This document shows, piece after piece, positions 57,078-64,000 of a DNA stretch of 64,000 nt. The notes beneath the pieces are model-generated. The model ran no database searches, was not told the origin of the DNA, and saw only the letters and a list, made by a program, of their open reading frames with translations. The DNA comes from Planctomycetales bacterium. Its GTDB lineage: Bacteria > Planctomycetota > Phycisphaerae > SM23-33. The translations under genes and the position numbers were made by a program. The stretch spans positions 64,542 through 128,541 of the forward strand of contig JAUWNJ010000002.1 in NCBI GenBank assembly GCA_030612725.1, in the 5' to 3' direction. Positions within the stretch are counted from its first letter, which is position 1. Every line of letters begins with the position of its first letter.

Positions 57078-59018
57078 ATGTATGAGCGCCGCCTGAAAAT
57101 ATTTCTGATAGTGGTGGTGGTCGCCATATTTGTAATCGTAGGCCGGCTCGCCCATTTACAGTTGATCCAGGGTGAGCAATACCGCCGCCGGGCGGGTGAA
57201 CTGCTGATTTACGGTAATTTGCTTCCGACGGTTCGGGGAAAGATACTGGACCGCATGGGGCGGGTGTTGGCTTACGACAAACCTTGCTTTGATTTTTGCC
57301 TGGACTATCGCATGTTGAAGGGCCCTGGTTCGACCGCCGCTGAGCGCAGGGCCTACAAGCGTTGGGTCCGTGGCCGGGTTCGTGAAATACGCAAGCGCGA
57401 GAAGGTTTCCAGGCAGCGGGCGGAGGAGATTTTCGAGCGTCGCTACGAGCAGACGTGGGAACTGTCAGCCGAACTGACCGGGGCGACGCGAAACGAGATA
57501 TTCCGCAAAGCCGAGAATGCCGTTCGCCGCATCGAGGCGATTCGACGCGGCGTCGGCGGACCGATTCGAGAGGAGAACCTCGCCCATGCCGTGGTTCCGG
57601 GTCTGAATGAAGCCACAGCAGTGAAGGTCAGGGCGCGTCTCGACGAGATGATCGGCGCTTCGGTTCACCCGTCGCATCAACGATGGTATCCACGCGGACA
57701 TGATGCCTGTCACATCGTCGGGCGGCTCAGGCCGTTGAAGGCCGAAGAGGTCCGCCAGGCCCGCGCAATATGGAAAACCGATGTCCCCATAGAGGCGAAA
57801 TTGGCCGGTAATCTCTCCGGCGACCTTGTCGGTTCCGTCGGTATCGAGAGGCTTTGCGAGGGTTTGCTTCGAGGAAGCAGGGGATATCGTCGTGGCCGGC
57901 GAACCGGTCGGATGCTCAATGAAGTTCATGCCCGCTTCGGTTCGGACGTGCATCTTACGATTGATATTGAACTTCAACAGGCATTGGCCGGTCTCCTCGG
58001 CAGGCCCGGCGCGATCGTGGTACTGGACGTTCCGACCGGAGAGGTGCTGGCGATGGTGTCGCTTCCGACCTATGACGTGAACACCTACCGGCGCGAGTAT
58101 GACCGGCTTAGCAGGGACCAGGTTCGTCTGCCGTTGTGGGATCGGACAGTGGCGATTCGTTATCCGCCCGGTTCGACGGTCAAGCCCCTGGCTGCACTGG
58201 CAGGTCTTGAGACCGGCGTAATTACGCCGGAGAAAACATTTCACTGCAAGGGATACCTTCACAACCCCCATGCCTTCCGCTGCTGGATATGGAAGTATCA
58301 CCGGGGGCACGGCGATTTGAACGTGGTAGGCGCTCTTGAGCAGAGTTGCAACGTATTTTTCTACAATGTTGGTGAACGCCTTGGTGTTCGGCGTCAGGTT
58401 GAGTGGTTGGGTAAGTTCGGTTTTGCCGACAGGCCGGGAACGCTGCTGCCGGGGGAGCGCAAAGGGCTATTGCCCGATCCCCGTCGCGTTCGTAACGTCG
58501 GCGAGGCCCGTCAACTTGCCATTGGTCAGGGGCAGGCAGAAGTAACGCCCATGCACGTAGCCAACGCCATGGCGACTATCGCCCGCGACGGGGAGTTTCG
58601 CTCGCCGCTGCTGGTGCGAGAGTTGAAGAGCAAGCAGCAAGTCCGTCGCATTCCGGTATCGGCTGAACACTTCAGACTGGTGAAGGAGGGGTTATATAAG
58701 GTTGTCAATTCCCCTCATGGCACTGCCTATAAGCATGCACGTGATACTGATATTGAGATTTGCGGTAAGACGGGCACAGCCGAGACGCCTGACCGGCGGA
58801 TCAGGATTGATTCCGACGGCGACGGGAAACTCGACCGCTGGGGGCCGGCTGTTTGCACCGGCGACACCGCGTGGTTCGCCGGTTTCGCGCCGTATCGAAA
58901 TCCGCGAATCGCTTTCGTGGTGATGATCGAATACTCCGACACCGGCGGCGGGCAGACTTGCGGACCGATTGGGAGACAGGTCGTAAGACTATGCCGGGCC
59001 TTCGGGTATCTGAAATGA
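57078..59018 (+). CDS. mrdA: penicillin-binding protein 2 (peptidoglycan D,D-transpeptidase)
   Basis: Transpeptidase motifs STVKP, SCN (EQSCNVFF) and KTGTA, with an N-terminal TM anchor. Confidence 0.9.
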   Translation: MYERRLKIFLIVVVVAIFVIVGRLAHLQLIQGEQYRRRAGELLIYGNLLPTVRGKILDRMGRVLAYDKPCFDFCLDYRMLKGPGSTAAERRAYKRWVRGRVREIRKREKVSRQRAEEIFERRYEQTWELSAELTGATRNEIFRKAENAVRRIEAIRRGVGGPIREENLAHAVVPGLNEATAVKVRARLDEMIGASVHPSHQRWYPRGHDACHIVGRLRPLKAEEVRQARAIWKTDVPIEAKLAGNLSGDLVGSVGIERLCEGLLRGSRGYRRGRRTGRMLNEVHARFGSDVHLTIDIELQQALAGLLGRPGAIVVLDVPTGEVLAMVSLPTYDVNTYRREYDRLSRDQVRLPLWDRTVAIRYPPGSTVKPLAALAGLETGVITPEKTFHCKGYLHNPHAFRCWIWKYHRGHGDLNVVGALEQSCNVFFYNVGERLGVRRQVEWLGKFGFADRPGTLLPGERKGLLPDPRRVRNVGEARQLAIGQGQAEVTPMHVANAMATIARDGEFRSPLLVRELKSKQQVRRIPVSAEHFRLVKEGLYKVVNSPHGTAYKHARDTDIEICGKTGTAETPDRRIRIDSDGDGKLDRWGPAVCTGDTAWFAGFAPYRNPRIAFVVMIEYSDTGGGQTCGPIGRQVVRLCRAFGYLK

Positions 59019-59036
59019 ATGAAATCATTACGCAAA

Positions 59037-59200
59037 ATTCGAATATCGAAATCCGAAATTCGAAACAATATCGAAATACAAATGACCAAAATCCGAAACA
59101 TAAATACACAAACATTTTCAATGTTCTGTGTTTGGGACATTAGAAAATTCGGATTTTGAATTTGTTTCGTATTTCGAGATTCGTATTTCGGATTTAAAAA
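59037..59200. repeat. MITE-like palindromic element, AATCCGAAA/ATACGAAA family, copy 4 (mrdA|rodA)
   Basis: Left arm aaattcgaatatcgaaatccgaaattcgaaacaatatcgaaatacaaatgaccaaaatccgaaac, right arm aaaattcggattttgaatttgtttcgtatttcgagattcgtatttcggattt. Internal hairpin aacatt-ttc-aatgtt. Confidence 0.8.
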
Positions 59201-59263
59201 AGTGGTTAATGTAATTGGCTATGATGATTTATACATGAGAAACCTTTGTAAAGTTGTGCTGTC

Positions 59264-60580
59264 ATGTTCGGATGGTTGAAGACATATTTTCGCGGAATTA
59301 GTTGGCCTATCATTGTGGCGATGGGCGCTCTGATGGTTATCAGTGTCCTTTCCGTCAGGGTGGCTGAACAGGCCGATCCGTCTGATGCGCTGTTGCGAGG
59401 AAGCACGGTCCGGCAGATGGTTTATGTCTCGGTGGGCGTTGCCGGCTTTATTATCGCGACGGTCATCCCATACCAGCGAATCGGGCGGAGCGCGTATTTC
59501 TTCTTCGCGCTGAACCTGGCGTTGCTGGTTCTTGTATTGTTTCTGCCGGCGATTCGGAACAGCCACAGGTGGATTAATCTGAAGTTCTTCAAGGTCCAGC
59601 CAAGCGAATTGGCCAAGTTGACCTACATCCTTGCCCTGGCGTGGTACCTGCGATACAGGGATAATTATCGCCGATTCTTCGGGTTTCTCCCCCCGTTTAT
59701 ACTAACGTTGGTGCCTGCGGTGTTGATCCTGGTTGAGCCGGACCTGGGCACGACGCTTCTGTTGTTTCCCACGTTATTTTTCATGCTCTTCATGGCCGGT
59801 GCGAAACTCCGCCATCTGCTGCTGGTCGTCGCTATCGCCGGCGTTGTGATATTCTTCCCCGTACCCCGAAACGTTACAGACCAAAATCCTTCGGTTATCG
59901 CTGAGCGGAATGTTCTGGCGTACTGGCATGGTAAGATCGGCGGGCGGGAGTATGTTATCTCGGCTGCTCCGTTGACGATTATGAAACACCATCAACTTTC
60001 CCGCATCGAAGGTTGGCTATTGCAGCCTGACCCGCTTGTGGAAGTGAGCAGAAGCAAAGGGTTCCAACTCCAGAACTCGATAATCATTCTCGGCTCCGGC
60101 GGGTGGAGAGGTCAAAACGTGCTGGAGCAGAAAAACCTCTATTTCCGCATGTTACCGGACGACCACACCGACTTTATATACGCAATCATCGGCGGCGAAT
60201 GGGGGTTTCTGGGATGCGCGGGTGTGATGCTGATTTATATGGCGATTTTCTTCTGCGGCACCGAAATCGCCGGAACGACCGACGACCCCTTTGGCCGACT
60301 TCTGGTGGGGGGGGGGTTGGGGCTGTTGCTGGCGCAGGTACTGATTAACGTCGGTATGACAATGGGACTGGCGCCTATTACCGGTATGACTCTTCCTATG
60401 ATCAGTTACGGCGGTTCAAGTATGCTGGTCAACTGTGTCGCGATGGGGCTGTTGATAAACGTCGCTCAACGAAGACCTGTTCTTCTAGGCCCAAAACCGT
60501 TTGAATACGGCAGCCGAGCCGGCGGCGAATCTATGTCCTACGGACCTTTGTTCGAATGGGGACGAAGGCGAAAAAGGTAG
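59264..60580 (+). CDS. rodA: SEDS-family peptidoglycan glycosyltransferase RodA (with extended periplasmic loop)
   Basis: FtsW/RodA 10-TM pattern. About 70 extra residues lie in the large loop compared with typical RodA. Confidence 0.85.
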   Translation: MFGWLKTYFRGISWPIIVAMGALMVISVLSVRVAEQADPSDALLRGSTVRQMVYVSVGVAGFIIATVIPYQRIGRSAYFFFALNLALLVLVLFLPAIRNSHRWINLKFFKVQPSELAKLTYILALAWYLRYRDNYRRFFGFLPPFILTLVPAVLILVEPDLGTTLLLFPTLFFMLFMAGAKLRHLLLVVAIAGVVIFFPVPRNVTDQNPSVIAERNVLAYWHGKIGGREYVISAAPLTIMKHHQLSRIEGWLLQPDPLVEVSRSKGFQLQNSIIILGSGGWRGQNVLEQKNLYFRMLPDDHTDFIYAIIGGEWGFLGCAGVMLIYMAIFFCGTEIAGTTDDPFGRLLVGGGLGLLLAQVLINVGMTMGLAPITGMTLPMISYGGSSMLVNCVAMGLLINVAQRRPVLLGPKPFEYGSRAGGESMSYGPLFEWGRRRKR

Positions 60581-60585
60581 AAAAA

Positions 60586-60709
60586 GCGATCAGCGATCAG
60601 CAGTCAGCAAAAGATGAAAAAGACCGCTGTGCGTCACGTAGTGATGCTACGCATAGCACCGCGTAGCGATACTACGTACCACTACGTGGAACGCTGATTG
60701 CTGATTGCT
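60586..60709. repeat. nested hairpin element (outer CAGCAATCAG-unit stem, inner cacgtagtg/cactacgtg and gctacgc/gcgtagc stems) between convergent rodA and the downstream gene
   Basis: Left arm agcgatcagcgatcagcagtcagcaaaag, right arm gaacgctgattgctgattgct. Inner palindromes were read directly from the sequence. Confidence 0.75.
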
Positions 60710-60714
60710 AAATG

Positions 60715-61134
60715 TTAATGATGTTGAAAATAATAAATCCACCATATTGCTGAAACCAACGTGTAGGTCAGGAATAGACCCCAGCATCCGATTTCGGTGA
60801 ACAGGCGTTTGCGAAATTTGAGAATGATTATCGAAGCCATGGCTACAACGAGAATCTTGAAGATTACAAGCAGGGCAACATCGTTCATTAGAGGAGCGGC
60901 GATTGGATTGGCCTCTATGAACCCGCCGGCCTTGACAGCCATCAGGGTGAATACCAGGTCGAAGACGTTGACTATCCATAGCATCACGAGTATGAGAGTT
61001 ACTCGTCTGGAACGCCGCGCGTACGGATCTTCACGGGCCTGTTTGAACCACCTCCACAATCGCGCGAACAGCGACCCTCTCCGGGCGGGACCAATTCGTA
61101 TAATGGTTTGGTCTCGTTCCATAGAATCACGCAT
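60715..61134 (-). CDS. small membrane protein (DUF5658-like)
   Basis: TM helices with a D-L-x-x-T...GG-x-E-x-NP-like motif (FDLVFTLMAVKAGGFIEANP). Confidence 0.45.
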   Translation of the reverse strand: MRDSMERDQTIIRIGPARRGSLFARLWRWFKQAREDPYARRSRRVTLILVMLWIVNVFDLVFTLMAVKAGGFIEANPIAAPLMNDVALLVIFKILVVAMASIIILKFRKRLFTEIGCWGLFLTYTLVSAIWWIYYFQHH

Positions 61135-61181
61135 CGGCGGTGTACCTTATAGGGTTTAACTCTAATTATATGGATTAATAG

Positions 61182-62069
61182 GTGTCTGATTCAAAAAAAA
61201 TAACATTTGCGAACCGACTTGCCGACGACGTGCGTGTAACGCACGAAATGCTGAAACTACCGGACGGGCAGGAGACGCCGGTGTTGCATCATCATCCTTC
61301 ACAGAAGGTAGGCGTTCCGGTTTTGTACGTTCATGGTATCCAGTCTCATCCCGGATGGTTCACCGGTTCCGCCCAGATGCTGGCACGCGCCGGCAGCGAG
61401 GTTTTTCAGGTAACACGCCGAGGAAACGGAACATCGCCAACCCGAAGGGGCGATGCCGCCTCGGCTGAACAACTCCTCGGCGACGTCAATGCCGCGGTAA
61501 AGTATGTTCTGGAACAAACGGGGAATAAACGCCTCGCACTTCTGGGCATCAGTTGGGGCGGGAAACTGCTGACGGCATACGCCCTGCGGGCCGACGTGGA
61601 TAATATTGATTCACTGACGCTTGTCGCTCCGGGCCTGAAACCGCTGGTGGATGTCTCGATAGCGACCAAACTGGCCGTACTGTTGGCCTTGATTTTCAGG
61701 CCCGGGACGTATTTCAAAATTCCGCTCAATGACGTGTCTCTTTTTACGGACAATCCTGAAATGCGTGAGTATTTGCGTAACGACCCACACCGTCTTCATC
61801 GCGCCACTGCGCGATTTCTGTTCGCGTCAGCCATGATTGACCGGATTATTGCTCGCGCGGACGAACGGACGCTGAAGGTTCCGACGACGTTAATCCTGGC
61901 CGGTCGGGACCGCATCATCGACAACGAATCCACCTGCGATCTGATGGAATGGTTGGCTGACAGACCGGTGCGAGTTCGCCTGCTTGATGCTACTCATACC
62001 ATAGAGTTCGAGCGGGAAAAGGGGGCCTTCTACGAGATACTTTGTCAGGCCGTTGGGGAAGAAAGATAG
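61182..62069 (+). CDS. alpha/beta hydrolase (lysophospholipase-like)
   Basis: Nucleophile elbow GISWGG and an HG oxyanion motif (VLYVHGIQSH). Confidence 0.8.
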   Translation: MSDSKKITFANRLADDVRVTHEMLKLPDGQETPVLHHHPSQKVGVPVLYVHGIQSHPGWFTGSAQMLARAGSEVFQVTRRGNGTSPTRRGDAASAEQLLGDVNAAVKYVLEQTGNKRLALLGISWGGKLLTAYALRADVDNIDSLTLVAPGLKPLVDVSIATKLAVLLALIFRPGTYFKIPLNDVSLFTDNPEMREYLRNDPHRLHRATARFLFASAMIDRIIARADERTLKVPTTLILAGRDRIIDNESTCDLMEWLADRPVRVRLLDATHTIEFEREKGAFYEILCQAVGEER

Positions 62070-62088
62070 CGGGATTGTAATCCTGCTT

Positions 62089-62700
62089 AAAGAAGAAGAA
62101 AAGGAATAGCAGGATTACAGGGATTACCGGATTACAGGGATTTTTATTTTTGCTGAAAAAAGAAGAGGAAAAAGAAAGGCAGGGGGATTGCAGGGATTGG
62201 TTTTAATTCTCAAATCTTCTTACTTGCAAAGAAGACGAGCCGAAATTTATCAGCAGCGCAACCAGCAACCTGGAGGCTTTTAAGTAACTGATAGTCTGTG
62301 CTCGGTGCTCCTTAATCGTATCGACAACGGCCTTCAGTTCGACAATAACCTTTCCTTCAACAACCATGTCAGGCCTGTATGTACCACAAAGCATTCCCTC
62401 GTAAAAAACTTCGAATTCACGCTGTGACTCAAATGAAATTCCTGTGAGCATCAATTCCTTGGAAAGCGCTTTGTGATATGTCGATTCGGTGAAACCGGCG
62501 CCAAGCGTTCCGTGAACTTCATGAGCGGCCCCGATAATGTTATAAGTAAGTGCGTTAATGGGATCGTCAGCGTCCAAACCACCCCGAACACCAACAACAC
62601 CCCCGACTTCTTTTTCTGTTTCTTTTGTTCCTTTTAACAAAATAAAAATCCCTGTAATCCGGTAATCCCTGTAATCCTGCTATTCCTTTTCTTCTTCTTT
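62089..62700. mobile_element. cassette: GxxExxY gene bounded by a perfect 62-bp inverted repeat, abutting the 3' end of tRNA-Ser
   Basis: IR-L at 62089-62150 is exactly the reverse complement of IR-R at 62639-62700 (aaagaagaagaaaaggaatagcaggattacagggattaccggattacagggatttttatttt). Extra GGGATTG/CAGGGATTGG motifs at 62071-62086 and 62180-62199. Confidence 0.7.
62203..62640 (-). CDS. GxxExxY family protein (PD-(D/E)XK-like)
   Basis: YNIIGAAHEVHGTLGAGFTESTYHKAL (the GxxExxY motif), then ...VELKAV...LINFG. TTG start immediately adjacent to IR-R. Confidence 0.85.
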   Translation of the reverse strand: MLKGTKETEKEVGGVVGVRGGLDADDPINALTYNIIGAAHEVHGTLGAGFTESTYHKALSKELMLTGISFESQREFEVFYEGMLCGTYRPDMVVEGKVIVELKAVVDTIKEHRAQTISYLKASRLLVALLINFGSSSLQVRRFEN

Positions 62701-62707
62701 TCTTTAA

Positions 62708-62792
<85 letters not shown>

Positions 62793-62963
62793 ATAGGCTC
62801 CGATTTTACCAAAGCCTTTTCCGTGTTGCACGCGTTGATTTGACGCTTGTGGGGATATTCAACTTGTCGGCCTTGCTGTGCCGATGTAAGATTATACCGT
62901 AAAGTCGGAAAATGCGTAACTTTACGTCGTGTACGGCGTTTAAATTAAAGAACGAACCGGCAG

Positions 62964-64000
62964 TGCAGTTCCGGATGCCTTGGAGTTTTTTTCGAGGGTG
63001 GTGTTACCGTGGCTCGAACCGATATATTTTCCGTTACGATTAATCATTTTCTCGCTCCCGTTTTGTCGTTTCTGAACGACCCGACGGTGTCGGAAATTAT
63101 GATTAACACCTTCGATGAGATATACATCGAGAAGGACGGCGCACTGACCAGGACCGACGCGAAATTCGACAACGAAGAGTCTTTTACCGCTGCCGTCAAT
63201 AACATCCTCCAATTCACGGGCAAACGCATGAGCCTGGAGCATCCGCTTCAGGATTCCCGCCTGCCGGACGGCTCGCGCGTGCATGTTGTCCTTTCACCGC
63301 TGAGCCGGCGCGGAACCACCATGACCATCCGAAAATTCGCCAAGGTCATGTTCGATGCCGAAAACCTGGTCAAACTCGGCTCCTGGACCCACCAGGCGAT
63401 GGAATATCTGCGAATGTCCGTGCTTGGCGAGAAGAACCTTCTGGTGGCAGGCGGAACGTCGTCGGGCAAAACCTGCCTGTTGAATGTTCTGAGCACGTTT
63501 ATCCCCAATCACCAGCGGATAGTGGTAATCGAGGATTCAGCCGAACTCGCCCTTCAGCAGGGCCACCTGATTACGCTGGAATCCCGCAGCGCCGACCGCT
63601 ACGGGCGCGGCGAAGTAACGATCCGCGACCTGTTCCGCTCGTCGCTTCGGCTTCGACCCGACCGGATAATCATCGGCGAATGTCGAGGCGGCGAAGCGCT
63701 GGAAATTATCCAGGCGATGACGTCAGGCCACGCCGGTTCGATGAGCACACTGCACGCCGACAGCCCCCTCGATACGCTAAGCCGGATGGAGACGCTGTGC
63801 ATGATGTCGAATGTGAACCTTCCGCTGTACGCGCTTCGGGCGCAGGTGGCTTCGGCGATAGACGTGGTTGTCCAGGTAACGCGGTTCAGCGACGGGCGAC
63901 GCGCGATTACAAGTATCGCCGAAGTCCTTCCGCTGGACGATAAGGGGCAATATCGCATTGCGGAGATGTTCACGTATCAATTGGACGAAAAGTCCGATTC
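62964..64000 (+). CDS. cpaF: CpaF/TadA-family secretion ATPase (type IV / Tad pilus), 3' end beyond the window
   Basis: Walker A GGTSSGKTCLLN, Asp box, Walker B RIIIGECRG, His box TLHADSP. GTG start candidates at 62964 and 63009. No stop before the window end. Confidence 0.8.

Noticed and set aside
62940-63508. Minus-strand ORFs of 72-114 aa overlapping the start of the cpaF-like gene.
   Set aside because: The plus-strand frame encodes an unmistakable CpaF/TadA ATPase with Walker A/B, Asp and His boxes. The minus-strand ORFs have no features.

Overview
This is a high-GC bacterial chromosomal segment that reads as Planctomycetota-like: it carries five PEP-CTERM sorting-signal proteins, a prepilin-type GFTLVELL N-terminus protein, and an mreCD-mrdA-rodA cluster with no mreB. 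It contains dnaA (15991-17406, minus strand) followed by a roughly 500 bp intergenic region with a perfect TTATCCACA DnaA box, a TTATGCACA variant and a 22-bp perfect inverted repeat, which I interpret as oriC. Most of the rest is housekeeping: rsgA, a znuABC-like metal ABC transporter, rpmA, obg, mnmE, rpe, accD, rne/rng, ptsI-ptsH-ptsN-hpf, tsaE, thiL, argH, ribH, nusB, ftsY, arfB, mreC, mreD, mrdA, rodA, a tRNA-Ser(CGA) and the start of a cpaF/tadA-type ATPase. Accessory content: a P1B-type metal ATPase, GH38 alpha-mannosidase, uxaC, a transglutaminase-like secreted protein, a DUF433/PIN toxin-antitoxin-like cluster, a solitary HicB, and a GxxExxY gene.

Three things stand out beyond the gene list.
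- **Short hairpin-forming repeat elements.** Many intergenic gaps, several inside conserved operons, hold hairpins built from tandem 6-10-mers. One family with AATCCGAAA/ATACGAAA arms occurs four times (rpe|accD, nusB|ftsY, mreC|mreD, mrdA|rodA) and looks MITE-like or REP-like.
- **GxxExxY cassette.** This gene is flanked by a perfect 62-bp inverted repeat and sits next to the 3' end of tRNA-Ser.
- **obg-coaX read-through.** obg runs in frame into a type III pantothenate kinase (coaX) domain through a 30-bp copy of another dispersed repeat, giving an apparent Obg-CoaX fusion ORF.

I saw no CRISPR array, rRNA, or recognisable transposase or integrase.
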